Shown here: positions 23,820 through 37,309 of the stretch, piece by piece | How positions within the stretch are numbered: position 1 is the stretch's first letter | How the letters are laid out: each line of letters begins with the position of its first letter | NCBI RefSeq assembly: GCF_004010195.1 | Contig: NC_057720.1 | Location: forward strand, 13,595,189-13,659,188 | Reading direction: 5' to 3' | Source: Chiloscyllium plagiosum | Taxonomy: Eukaryota | DNA length: 64,000 bases | Notes under the pieces: generated by a model | Told to the model about the DNA's origin: nothing | Database searches by the model: none | Seen by the model: the letters and a program-made list of their open reading frames with translations, nothing else | Translations under genes and position numbers: made by a program

Positions 23820-26500
23820 GAAACAATGAGCTCAGAATATAAAGACAGATAGCAAAGGTTTCTGTAAATATATTAAACAAAAAAAAATGTGGCTAAAGTA
23901 AACGTTCATCCCTTAGAGGAAGAGAAGGGGGATTTAGTAATAGGGTATGAGGAAATGGTCGAGGCATTGAACAGGTATTTTGTGTTGGTCTTCACGGTGG
24001 AGGATGCCAATAACACGCCAGTAATTGACAAAGAGACAAAGATAGGTGAGGACCTGGAAACAATCATTATCATGGAAGAAGTCGTGTTGGGCAAGCTAAT
24101 GGAGCTAAGGGTAGACAATTCTCCTGGTCCTGATGGAATGCATCTCAGGGTACTAAAAGAGATGGCAGGAGAAATAACAAGTGCACTTATGGTAATTTTC
24201 CAAAGTTCACTGGACTCTGGGGGAGTTCCAGCAGATCAAAAACAGCAAATGTGACACCATTGTTTTAAAAAGGGAGATAGACAAAAGATGGGAAATTATA
24301 AACCAGTTAGCTTAACTTCTGTAGTGGGGAAAAGGCTTGAGTCTATTATCAAGGAAGAAATAGCAAGGCATCTCGATAGAAATTGACTCATTGAACAGAT
24401 ACAGCATGGATTCATGAAGGGCAGGTCATGCTTAACTAACCTTCTGGGTTTCTATGAAGACATTACAGACACAGTGGACAACAGGAACTCAGTAGATGTG
24501 GTGTATCTAGATTTCCAAAAGGCAATCGATAAGGTGCCACACAAAAGGCTGCTGCATAAGATAACGATGCATGACGTTACAGGTAATGTATTAATATGGA
24601 CAGAGGATTGATTAGCTAACAGGAAGCAAAGAGTGGGGATAAATGAGTGCTATTCTGGTTGGCAATCAGTGACTAGTGGTGTGTCCCAGGGATCAGTGTT
24701 GGCACTGCAATTATTCACAATTTACATAGATGATTTGGAGTTGGAGACCACGTGTAGTTTGTCAAAGTTTGTGGATGACATGGAGATGAGTGGCAGAGCA
24801 AAGTGTGACTGTGAAACATTGCAAAGGGACATAGATAGTTTAAGTGACAAGGCAAAGGTCTGGCAGATGGAGTACAATATTATAAATATGAAGTCATCCA
24901 TTTCAGTATGAAGAACACTAAAAAGGACTATTACATGACTGGTAAAAAATTGCAGCACGCTGCTGTGCAGAGGGACCTGGGTGTCCATGTGAATGAATCA
25001 CAGAAGGTTGGTCTGCAGGTGCAACAGGTAACTAAGAAGGCAAATCAAATTTTGTCCTTCATTGCTAAAGGGATTGAGTTTAAAAGCAGAGAAGGTATGC
25101 TGCAGCTGTATAGGGTGTTGGTGAGGCCCTACCTGCGTGCAGTTTTGGTCTCCTTTAGATTAGATTCCCTACAGTGTGGAAACAGGCCCTTCGGCCCAAC
25201 AGGTCCACACCGACCCTCCGAACAGTAACCTTACCAAACCCCTTTTCCCTCTGACTAACACACCTAATTGACAATTTAAGCATGGCCAATTCACCTAACC
25301 TGCACATCTTTGGACTATGGGAGGAAACCAGAGCACCCGGAGGAAACCCACGCAGACACGGGGAGAATGTGCAAACTCCACACAGTCACCCGAGGTTGGA
25401 ATCGAACCCGGGACCCTGGTGCTGTGAGGCAACAGTGCTAACCACTGAGCCACCGTGCCGCCCAAAATAAAAATTCTTATAACCGTTTTAATTTTTGACA
25501 TGATTAGATGACTTATAGTGTGGAAACAGGGCCGTTTGGCCCAACAAGTCCACTCCACACAGTCACCCGAGGTTGGAATCGAACCCGGGAACCTGGTGCT
25601 GTGAGGCAACAGTGCTAACCACTGAGCCACCGTGCTGCCCAAAATAAAAATTCTTATAACCGTTTTAATTTTTGACATGATTAGATGACTTATAGTGTGG
25701 AAACAGGGCCGTTTGGCCCAACAAGTCCACACCGACCCTCCGAAGTGCAACACATCCAGACCCATTCCCCTACATTTACCCCTTTGCCTAATGCTACGGG
25801 CAATTTAGCATGGCCAATTCACCTAACCTGCACATCTTTGGACTGCGGGAGGTTACCGGAGCACCCAGAGGAAACCTACGCAGACATGGGGAGAATGTGC
25901 AAACTCCACACAGACAGTTGCCTGAGGCGAGAATTGAACCCGAGTCTCTGGCGCTGTGAGGCAGCAGTGATAACCACTGTGCCACCGAGGAAAGGAGGTA
26001 CTGACACTACAGGGGGTGCGGAGGAGGTTCACTAGGTTGATTCTGGAGTTGAGGGGGTTTGCTTATGAGGAGAGACTGGGATTATATTCATTGTAATTTG
26101 GAAGAATGAGGGGGGATCTTATAGAAACATATAAAATCATGAAGAGAATAGACAAGAGAGAAGTAGAGAGGATGTTTCCACTGTTGGGTAAAACTAGGAC
26201 AAGAGGGCATAGCTTTAAGATTAGGGAGAGCAGATTTAGGGTTGAACTGAGAAGGAAATTCTTCACCCAGAGGGTTGTGAATCTATGGAATTTCCAGCCC
26301 AGTAAAGAAGTTGAGGCTTCCTCAGTATATGTTTTTAAAGTTAAGATAGATAATTTTTTGAACAGTAAAGGAATTAAGGATAATGGTGAGCGGGCAGATC
26401 AGTGGAGCTGAGGCCATGAAAAGATCAGCTATGATCTTATTGAATGGAGGATCAGGCTCGAGGAGCCAAATGGCCTACTCCTGCTCTGAGTCATTATGTT
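23820..26500 (+). mobile_element. CR1 LINE ORF2 (RT) remnant interrupted by a SINE cluster
   Basis: SPGPDGMHLRVLKE, QHGFMKGRSCLTNL, VDVVYLDFQKAIDKVPH, SGVSQGSVL, SKFVDD, RGDLIETYKI, RTRGHSFKI and a 3' UTR. Confidence 0.93.
25157..25987 (-). mobile_element. tandem HE1-type SINEs with a 177-bp duplication, inserted in CR1
   Basis: Two full SINEs, with the head-spacer-tail junction duplicated (25376-25552 and 25553-25729). Confidence 0.88.
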
Positions 26501-26554
26501 GCGAAAATGCGTGTATTGATCGAATTTTAATATGAAATATGATGTAATTTTTTA

Positions 26555-27285
26555 AAAATTCACTCATGGAAGTTGGGTGTTGCTGGCTGGCCAGCATTTA
26601 TTGCCTATCCCTGGTTGCTTTCAGAAGGTGGTGGTGAGCTTTGTGCATTTGCTGTAGGTTGACCCACAATACCATTAGAGAGCATTCCAGAACTTTAAAC
26701 TAGTGACAGCGAACGAACAGTGACATATTTGCACATCAGGATGATGAGTCGCTTGGAGGGGAACTCGGATGTTCCGATGGATCTATGTCTCTTCCAGCGG
26801 GGAGTGTTCGTGGGTTTGGAAGGTGCTGCCTGAGGGATTTCTGGTGAATTTCCGCAGTGCATCTTGTAGATAGTACACACTGCTGCTACTGAGCATCAGT
26901 TGTGGAGGGAGTGGGTGTTTGTGGATGTGGTGCTAATCAAGTTGGCTGCTTTGTCCTGGATGGTGTTAATTTCTTGTTGGAGCTGCACTCATTCAGGCAA
27001 GTGGGGAGTATTCCATCACACTCCTGACTTGTGACTTGTAGATGGTGGACACGCTTTGGGGAATTAGGAGGTGAATTACTTACCACTTCTAATTCTTCAC
27101 CTCTGGCCTGGTTTTGAAGCCACTCTGTTTATGTGTCCAGTTGAGTTTCTAGTCAATGATAACCCCCAGGATGTTGATATGGGTGATTCAGTGATGTTAA
27201 CTTTGAATGTCAAGGAGTGGTGATTACAATCTCTCTTACTGGAGATAGTTATTGCCTGGCATTTGTGTGGCGTGAATGTTATTAT
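26555..27285 (-). mobile_element. LINE 3' fragment (CR1/L2 group) sharing its tail with the second SINE family
   Basis: Minus strand TFTPHKCQAITISSKR…CTIYKMHC. Tail sequence ggccagcatttattgcc is shared with the SINE. Related pieces at 28130-28590(-), 33800-34530(+) and 47280-47820(-). Confidence 0.7.
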
Positions 27286-30200
27286 TGCATACAGATACAT
27301 CTTAACTATTTGTAAATTGACCATGAGACAGTTTTCTAATCACAGTTCTTTATTCCTTTGTGTGTTTGTATGGTTTTGCTCTCTGCTCACAACAACTACA
27401 ACACTTATTTGCATGGCATTGTTAACATAATAAGATATTCTAAGGCACTTGACAGGAGTGTTTTTGGACAAAAAAGAGTAGGCAGTGAGCCAGACAGGAA
27501 GAGATTTAGGCAAAGATCAAAGGTCAGTTTGATCACTAGTCAAAGTTGCACCTTGAAGGGACAGAAAGATATTGAGAAGTAGAAGGAGGTTTAGGGAAGG
27601 AACTATGAAGCTTCTAATGAATGGTAATTGCACTCAAAATGTTAAATCTCCTCTTCTGTCCACAGACACCAGCAGACCTGCTGAGTTCCTTCAGAACTTT
27701 CTAGAATTCTAGAGCTTACTGCTTCAGCAGCTAAAGGCACAACTGCCAATGCATTACAAAGGAAACTGCAAACGCTTCGAGCAATGTTGTCCATTTAGAC
27801 AGGCAATGCTCTGCCCATCGACATAAAAAGATCAACTTGATTGCAACAATTGTGTAATCTTTTACCCAAACCGTATCAATTTGTCTTGTTATTATGCATC
27901 ACTAATAAATTAATGAATAAAGTTTTGGAATTCAAACAAAAAATCTTCCACCCGAGAAGGGTGAAAATGAGTAACAGGGCACAATAAAAGCAAACAGTTA
28001 CTCTTTAGTGGAGGCCAGATAAACACAAGGGAGAAAGAAATTGAAAGAAATGTTGATGGCATTCAGATGTTGTGCTGAATGATCTACCAGTGTGCTGCAA
28101 ATATTACAAAAGGAGGAGAAAGTGGGAGGCCTTTTAATTCCTTCATGGGACATTGGCGTTGCTGGTTAATCCAGCATTTATTGCCCATCCCTAATTGCTC
28201 TTTGAGAATGTGGTGAAGAGCTGCCTTCTTGAACTGGGCTGTAGGGACCTCTAGAGTGCTGTTAGAAAGGGAGTTCTAGGATATTGACCCAGCGATGGTG
28301 AAGGAACAACAGTATATTTTCAAGTCAAGGTGAGTGGTTTGTTGGGAACTTGTAGGTATTGGTGATCCCATGTATCTGCTGCCTTTGCCCTTTTAGGTGG
28401 TAGAGTTTGCACCATTGAAAAGTGCTGTTGAAGGAGCCTTGGTGTAGCTTCTAGAAGCATCAGTGTATCAGTGCTAAAAGGAATGAAAGTGGTGGATAAG
28501 TGACAATAAAGCAGGCTACTTTGTCTTGAATGACATTGAGCTTTCTGAGTATTGTTGGAGCTGCACCAAACCAAACAAGTTGGAAGATTTCAAGAGGAAA
28601 TTAAGGACCTTGGGGTCTTGGGCATCAATGATGAAATAATTACAACTGAGGTTGAGTAGGAGACTAGATTGAAGGAATCTTAAAGGTTTATAAGGTTGAA
28701 GGACATTACAGAGATAGGGACATGTGGAGTGAGGAATTTGAATGCATGGATGAGAATTTTAAAATTGAGATGTTGCTTAAGGAGCAACATTAGGCAGTGA
28801 CCACAAGGGTGAATAGACCTAATGTGAATTCGAGTATGGATATCAGACTTTTGGATGATCTTAATTTGAGTACAGCATGGCATTAGTTGGACCCTATCAG
28901 GAAGACAGCACATCTAACATTGTACCCTTCGCCCACTTGAGTGTTGCCTTGACCATGGGCTCATGTTCTGGACTGGAATGTGGTTGTTATCAAAACCTTC
29001 TGACAAAATAATGAATATACCATTGGTGCAAGATGTCACAAAGTGGGGAAAAATAATCAGGAAAAAAATTGAAGAAAACCAAATAATTGAAACAAATAAA
29101 GCTAACAACCAGAAATTTTTAAGTAATATTTGAAAGAAAGGCCTGCACATGAGACACCGAAAGATTCAACTCACTATTATGATTTATAGCACAATTAGAA
29201 TGTCCGACTAATTCTTTTCCATCAATGTGAAGCCACTCCATACTTACAGCTCAGCTCGTTTAGATTTAGAAGAAAAATGCTCTTGAAAACAATCCCGTAT
29301 CGTCAGGATTCCAGTGTCTTTAATAAAGCTAATTTAAGCAAGTACAGTACATTGTTTTTCTGTGTACCAGAGAGCTGCCTGTGTTACCATCTGCTGCTTA
29401 TATTAACACAATCATTCAATCATGCTCTCGGGCTCTTGTGGTGAAATGGTAGTGTCCCTACTTCTGACCCAGGAGACTTGGATTCAAGTCCCAGGTGCTC
29501 CAGAGGCGTTTACTAACATCTCTGAGCATGTTGATTAGGAAAGATCTCAGTCATGTCCTCTGTCCCTCAGAGAGAAGTGGCTTGAATGAGGATTGGCACC
29601 TTCTGTGATTGGAGTGATTGAGTTCAGGAATTCCCACACTGGAAGTTCTTAGTTGAGGCCTTGGAAGAACCTGTGTCCATTTTACTACTCCGATGGTGCA
29701 CTTTGCTGTTTCTGAATTATTTCCCCTTTTAGGAGCCTTTATGATCATTTTCCTATGCCGACACTTTAGGTTAAACCACTGTCAGTTGTATATCGTTCTA
29801 ATGAGAGAGCAGGCCAGTGGTCTGATAGAACATTGTTGATGTTTGTATAGTGATGTTTGTACCAGAACTGGGGAGTCAGGTTGGTTCCAAGCCCCGATCC
29901 CAGTGCTCTATGAATTTGATTGTGTAATCAGTTACTCGGCAACAAGGCAGCTAGGCAAGAAGGTCTTCTCCCTCTGATCTTTTCCTACAGCCCTTTTAAG
30001 AAAACACAACTTTTGCAGAGGACTGTGATATAATCATGTGGCAATGGTACTACAGAAATAATACAAAACTCTGGGGTCACAGTGTGTGCTACCTCACTGC
30101 TAAAGTATGTGAGCCACATATTTCATGTAGCACAACTGGGTCCGAGACTTGTCTTGTGAATCTGTCGATCAGTGATCCAGGCATTTACACTGGGACTGGC

Positions 30201-32144
30201 CCAGCTGGTAAACCCACCGCTGATTTCAGAAAGTGGAGCGGGATTGTAGTGAGGTTCCGTAATTTATATCCAGAAGTTTGACACCTGCACCACACCCCTC
30301 CCGTTATAGGAAAGAAAGCAGAAAATCAGAAGCTGGTACTAGTGACAAAAGAACATGTTGTGCATCTGTTATGAAAGCGGGTCACTTTTAAAATGAGCTT
30401 GATTCAATGGTGGATTCCTGAGGGGCCCTCTCACCATGATCCAGGAATGCATGCCTGGCCTGATGATCACATACTCAGCTGATTGGAGGCCCCTGGGTTT
30501 AGGAATATCAGAAGCAGTGACTCCTGGCTTCACTCCCTTCATAGTCATGGTCTCGTTTGGTACAGGGCTTGACTCTGATTGGTTGCAACACTTGGATCAG
30601 TGGTCGCCATTCCTGGAATCAAGCTCTTCTGAGTCCTGCCTGGTTCTGATTTCTGCAACCTTTTATAAACAGCTTAGGCTCTTACTTCAGGGACTTTTTC
30701 CAAATGCTTCTCCAAATATTCGACCCAAATGTCACTCAGGAAAGCATAGTGGGAGGTAAATTTGTAAAGAGCGTCAGCTGTTGTGGAGTTTAATCATGAA
30801 CACAAATCATAAGCACATTATGACTTTGCTCACAGCCTCTTCTATGCTTGCTCCTATATTCTATTCTGTTCACATGACAATTCAGAATTCCCAGTTACTC
30901 TTATTTAAAGCCGCTCCATATAAATTTATTTGAAAGCATGCTTACAATACATTTATACAGTAACTTAGAGGTCAAAGAATGCCACATGGTGCCTCACAGA
31001 AGTTTAATCAGCACTAAAGCTGCAGAATCAAGTATTAGGCTGAACAATGGAAATCACAGTAGAAGGTGAGGGTTTTAAGGGAAGGCCTTAAAGAAAATGA
31101 AGGTATCCAGCGAGGGTTGAAAGCTAACTGCCTAGTTTAGTGTAACTTCCCACTTGGATGGTCATTTAATTTCCTCTGCAGCTTTCAGGTTTTGTGGTTG
31201 CAATTTCTTTTCTGATCTTCTGGATGGTGGTCATTTTAAAATTGCATTGCCACCATTGAACAGAATTCATCAGCACAGACTCTCAGAATACTGGCAACTT
31301 CAGGGAATTCAGTAATCCACCACCACCCTCCCAGACATTCACATGTTATCCAGAAGCATATCCTCATTTCTAATGAGCTGTTGAACCAAGGCTCCTCATT
31401 GGCTGTTCTGGTGGATGTTAAAGAAGGGCAGGGTCCTTTCTTGGTCCTTTGGCCAAAATGCCTTCCTTGATTAATACCACCAGAAGTAAGCTCTGATTGG
31501 TCAGTTTACCACCAGATAAAGCAAAGCCAAGCATTACTCACTAAGTATTTCCACCCATTCTGTGTGACATCCTGCTGACAGACATCTGCTCAGTGTCTCT
31601 TCCTGATGAGGTCCTTGAGATCTGACCTTATCATTGAACCTCTACAACTGTGGAGATGTGGAAACAGGCCCTTCAGCCCAACAAGTCCACGATGACCCGC
31701 TGAAGAGTAAACCACCCAAACTCATTCCCCTGACTAATGCATCTAAGCTACACATCTCTAAACACTATGGACAATTTAGCATGGTCAATTCAACTAACCT
31801 GAATTATGGGAGGAAACTGGAGTACCTGGAGGAAACCCACGCAGACACAGGGAAAATATGCAAACTCCACACAGACAGTCACCCGAGGCTGGGATTGAAC
31901 CCAGGTCCCCAATGCTGTGAGGCAGCAGTGCTATCCACTGAGTCACCGTGCCGACCCTGTCTTTCCCTCTATGGCAGGCTGCACATAATCTTCATGCTCC
32001 ACACAACTCTTGAGAGGTTGTAAACTTTGCACAAAGCTACTGCAGCAGTTCCCCTAATCGACAGGTGATTAACGACAATGTACCACTAGTACTAACTGAG
32101 CAGAAAGGCTCAGGTGTAACATTTATTCCATGCATTGTCTGCAT

Positions 32145-33520
32145 AGCACTACTGCCACACAGTGACAAGGACCCAGGTTCGATTTCACCCTTGGGCAGCT
32201 TCCTGTGGAGCTGGCACATGCTCTGCATAGGTTTCTCCGGGTCCTCCAGTTTCCTCCCACAATCCAAAGATATTGCAGGCTAGGTGGATTGACCATGCTA
32301 ATCTGCTCATAGTGTCCAGAGATGTGTGGGCTAGGTGGATTGACCATGCTAATCTGCTCATAGTGTCCAGAGATGTGCGGGCTAGGTGGATTGACCATGC
32401 TAATCTGCCCATAGAGTCCAGAGATGTGCGGGCTAGATGGATTGACCATGCTAATCTGTTCATAGTGTCCAGAGATATGCAGGCTAGGTGGATTGACGAT
32501 ACTAATCTGTCCGTAGTGTCCAGAGATGTGCAGGCTAGGTGGATTGACCATACTAATCTTCCCATAGTGTCCAGAGATGTGCGGGCTAGGTGGATTGACC
32601 ATGCTAATCTGCCCATAGTGTCCAGAGATGTGCGGGCTAGGTGGATTGACCATGCTAATCTGCTCATAGTGTCTAGAGATGTGCGGGCTAGGTGGATTGA
32701 CCATGCTAATCTGCCCATAGTGTCCAGAGATGTGCGGGCTAGATGGATTGACCATGCTAATCTGTTCATAGTGTCCAGAGATATGCAGGCTAGGTGGATT
32801 GACGATACTAATCTGCCCGTAGTGTCCAGAGATGTGTGCGCTAGGTGGATTGACCATTCTAAGCTGCCCATAGTGTCCAGAGATGTGTGGGCTAGGTGGA
32901 TTGACCATGTTAATCTGCCCATAGTGTCCAGAGATGTGCAGGCTAGGTGGATTGACCATACTAATCTTCCCATAGTGTCCAGAGATGTGTGGGCTAGGTG
33001 GATTGACCATGCTAATCTGCCCATTGTGTCCAGAGATGTGCGGGCTAGGTAGATTGACCATACTAATCTGCTCATAGTGTCCAGAGATGTGCGGGCTAGG
33101 TGGATTGACCATGCTAATCTGCCCATAGTGTCCAGAGATGTGCGGGCTAGGTGGATTGACCATGCTAATCTGCCCATAGTGTCTAGAGATGTGCAGGCTA
33201 GGTGGATTGACCATACTAATCTGCCCATAGTGTCCAGAGATGTGCGGGCTAGGTCGATTGACCATGCTAATCTGCCCATAGCGTCCAGAGGTGTGGGCTA
33301 GGTGGATTGACCATGCTAATCTGTTCATACTGTCCAGAGTTGTGTGGGCTAGGTGGATTGACCATGCTAATCTGCCCATAGTGTCCAGAGATGTGCAGGC
33401 TAGGTGGATTAGCCACGGGAAATGCAGGGTTACAAGAATTGGGTCTGGGTGGGATCCTTTTCAGAGGGCCGGTTTGGGCTTGTTAGGCTGAATGGCTTGT
33501 GTCCACACTGTAGAGATTCT
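32145..33520 (+). mobile_element. HE1-type SINE expanded by an internal minisatellite
   Basis: SINE head at 32145-32270 and tail at 33410-33520 flank the array. Confidence 0.85.
32270..33410 (+). repeat. 51-bp minisatellite, about 22 copies
   Basis: Unit gatgtgcgggctaggtggattgaccatgctaatctgcccatagtgtccaga; translates to a 17-aa periodicity in the ORF track. Confidence 0.97.
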
Positions 33521-33992
33521 ACGAACCATCATAGAATGATACATGATAACTGGAATGCTTCCATTGCCCTCAAGCTCCCTGAAATAGGGAGGAGGGGAGG
33601 TTCCTACTTGCTATCCAAAGATGCATTTTGGAAAATTTGTCTTTGCCTGGTTGAGTATATCTGCGCATTGATTTTGGGAGAGAAGGTGGATTGAATTCTA
33701 TTGTGATACTCACAATTATTGCCAATACACTCTTCAAGTTCACACGAGGAATGGTTACAGTTACCTGTGCTAATAATCTATCCTAAGAGGTCAGTCATCT
33801 CAGCTCCAAGATATCTCTACAGGAATCCCTCAGGTTAGTGTCCTAGGCCCAAGCATCTTCAGCTGTTTCATTAATGACCTTCCCTCCCTCATAAGGTCAT
33901 AAATGGAGATGTGTGCCGATGATTACACAATGTTCAGTGACTTCTCAGACATTGAAGCAGTCCATGTTCAAATGTACCAAGATCTGGACAAT

Positions 33993-34230
33993 GAAAACAA
34001 AAAGAGAAAATGCTGGAAACTCTCAGCAGGTCTGGCAGCATCTGTAAGGAGAGAAAAGAGCTGGCGTTTCAAGTACAACTGACCCTTTGTCCAAACTTTG
34101 ACAAAGAGTCAGTTAGACTCGAAATGTCAGCTCTTTTCTCTCCTTACAGATGCTGTCAGACCTGCTGAGATTTTCCAGCATTTTCTCTTTTTGTTTTCAG
34201 ATTCCAGTATCCACAGTAATTTGCTTTTAT
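33993..34230. mobile_element. palindromic mini-PLE (family D)
   Basis: 34000-34091 is the reverse complement of 34098-34190. Degenerate hammerhead TTGACAA-A-GAGTC-agtta-GACTC-GAAATGTC. TSD-like aagatctg(g/a)a(c/a)aat at 33979-33992 and 34231-34244. Confidence 0.75.
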
Positions 34231-36051
34231 AAGATCTGAAAAATATCCAGGCTTGGGCTGGCAAGTGGCAAGTAACATTCGCACCACCAGGCTATGACCA
34301 GACTAAGAGACAATGTAATCATCACCCCTCTATAGTCAATGGTGTTACCATCATTGGATTATTTTTCAATATCAAGCCCAGAATATCCTGGCCAGAAACT
34401 GGATTTGCAATATAAATACAATGGCTACAAGACCAGGTCAAAGATTGGGATCCTGGAATTCCCTCCCTAACGATATTGTGGGTCTACCTGTAGCACATGG
34501 ACTGCAGCAGTTCAAGAAGGCAGCTCACTACCTGAAGTGAATTTTAAAAACCAGTAAAAGACAATACATGGGAAAATAAAGTATACTCTTGAGGGCTCAA
34601 ATACATTAAACCTACCATAGTGTACAACATGGAAACAGACCCTTTGGTCCAACTCATCTATGCCGACCAGATATCCCAACCTAATCTCGGCCCACTTGCG
34701 AGCACTTGGGCCATATCCCTCTAAACCCTTCCTATTCATATACCCAACCAGCTACCTTTTAAATGTTGCAGTTGTACCAGCCTCCACCACTTCCTCTGGC
34801 AGCTCATTCCATTCACGCACCACCCTTTGCATGAAAAAGTTGCCCCTTAGGTCCCTCTTACATCTTCCCCCTCTCACCGTAAACCTATGCCCTCTAGTTT
34901 TGGACTCCCTACCGCAGGAAAAAACTTTATCTATTTATCCTATCCATGCCCCTCATGATTTTATAAACCTCTGTGAGGTCACCCCTCAACCTCCGACGTT
35001 CCAGGGAAAACAGCCCCAGCCTGTTCAGCCTCTCCCTGTACAGATCCTCCAACCCTGGCAACATCCTTGTAAATCTTTTCTGCACCCTTTCAAATTTCAC
35101 AACATCATTCCGATAGAAAGGAGACTAGAATTGCACACAATATTCCAACAATGGCCTAACCAATGTCCTGTACAGCTGCAACATGACCTCCCAACTCCCA
35201 TACTCAATGCTCTGACCAATAAAGGAAAGCATATCTGCCTGAGACTCTACTTTCAAGGAGCTATGGACTGCACTCCAAGGTGTCTTTGTTCAGCAGCAGT
35301 CAAGTAACTGGACTGGACTCAAGATGATGCAAACATTCTGATTCAAAACATAGTAACTTCCGGCTTACAGCACACTGTAAAGCATGTGCTGCAATTATTT
35401 TTCAATTGTCTGGGAAAGTCAGCAGGATAAGCCAAAGGAAATGAAATTTAATGAGTCCATCAAATACAAATTCAGTCAAATATCTTGCAAAAATTTCCAA
35501 GCTATCTGGAGGGAGAAAAGAGAATGACCTGCAGATTATCAGCTTCAGACTAATAATATTCAATATATTTTAAAGGATGTTATACAAGAAGAATGTGGTC
35601 AAAAGACTCATTTGCATTGTAAATCTGATATGGATTAATGCTGTTTTCATTCATGGGATGTGGTCGTAACTAGCTAGGGCCAGCATACATTGTCCAGAGG
35701 GCTGTTAAGAGTAAACCTCTTTACTGTGGGTCTGGAGTCATGTGTAGGCTAGACCAGGTAAGGATCGCAGGTTCCTTCCCGAAAGGACATTAGTGAACCA
35801 GATGGGTTTTTACAACAATCGACAGGGATTATTAAGGTTCTCATTCAGAAAGCTTTTCATTCCAAATTTTTCACTGAATTCAACTTTCACCATCTGTCAT
35901 GGTGGAATTAAGATTTATGTTCCCAAAACAGGAACCTAGGGTTCTGGGTTGTTAATCTAGTGACATTACCCCAACACTACTCCAAATATCCATATGATCC
36001 CTCTAATTCTTTTATACTTCTGCACAGATCTCTGAGGTCTGTGCATAACAG

Positions 36052-36260
36052 AGTTAAAAATCACACGCCACCAGGTTATAGTCCAACAGGTTTATTTGGA
36101 AGCACTAGCTTTCGGAGCACTGCACCTTCACAACCACCTGATGAAGGAGCAGTGCTCAGAAAGCTAGTGCTTCCAAATAAACCTATTGGACTATAATCTA
36201 GTATTGTGTGATTTTTTTTAACTTTGTACACCCCAGTTCAATACTGGCACCTCCAACTCA
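36052..36260. mobile_element. palindromic mini-PLE (family B)
   Basis: About 80-bp inverted arms plus a ~38-nt tail. 12-bp TSD tgtgcataacag at 36040-36051 and 36261-36272. cacCTGATGAaggagcagtgctcaGAAAGCTAgtg at 36135-36169. Confidence 0.88.
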
Positions 36261-37309
36261 TGTGCATAACAGCAACTTCTGAAACTGAACTGAATATATC
36301 ATCAGCTGATCAGCATCTACAGGTCCTCGGCTTGGTTGTGCTGCTAACGGACAATGTTGTCCATGATGCTGAGTTGCTCCATTGAATGCAATGACTCATT
36401 GTTTTAGTGAAGGCAATTTGAATGTAAACTCTGTTGTATATGAATGAAAGCAAGTCAAATGCCAAAACAGGGCATAAACATGAAAGTTCAAATAAAGGTC
36501 TATGCCACTTCAGGTAGTATAGCACGGACCTTTATTTTTCATTTACACCTACTGTTTGAAGCAACCCTTTGTTTTTCTCTCTCTACATCATTACTGCTCT
36601 CTCTGCTTTTTGTTTTGTAACACCTTTGATCTCAGATCTCTCTCAGCCTCTAACCTTTCCCTGACCTTGCCTTTTGTTCCTCTTGTCCCTCCCCATTTTT
36701 TCAACTGCATTAAACTCACCACTTTTCCACATCCTCCCCCACCCAGTTCCAATGAAGAGTCATATTGTAGTTGGAATGTTATCTGTTTCTCACTCCAAAG
36801 ATGCTGCCAAGCCTGCTGGGTTTCTACAGCACATTCTGTTTTTATTGTAGGTCTGTTCAGATGTATGCTACATAATGGACTCTCCCTCTGGAGTAGTTTA
36901 GCAATCAGTCACTACTAAAGAGAAGGTCCACTAACATATCCTTAGAGGATCACATCCTCAGGATGTATATTAAATGTAGCCACATTATCCAAGAATCAAA
37001 GAAAAGTTGAAACACATTTCTTAATTGGTTCTCAAGATCTGGGCGACACAAATTTAAGACAGCATTTTTATCCAACTCTGGTTGCTTTGAGAAGATAGTG
37101 GCAGGTCTTATTTATTATTAACTAGTTTACTTGGAGAGTCAACCACATGATGGGAATTAGAGCCAAGACCAGTGTTGATTGGGTAGGATATCTTCCCTAG
37201 AGGACGTTCTTAAACTGGCTAGTTTTGATCAACAATCTGGCACCTTCCACAGGCATTTTATCTTTGTGCATGCCCACAAATGACAAAACTCCAGTTTTAC
37301 AAATTGACC

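Noticed and set aside
30436..30759. 107-aa ATG-initiated ORF in unique DNA
   Set aside because: No recognisable domain, splice pattern or compositional signal; a length expected by chance in 64 kb.
32123..33379. 418-, 364- and 259-aa ORFs as a repetitive protein gene
   Set aside because: They are by-products of a 51-bp SINE-derived tandem unit that lacks stops in several frames on both strands; no gene context.
32270..33410. CRISPR-like array
   Set aside because: The units are contiguous with no unique spacers, there are no cas genes, and the context is vertebrate.
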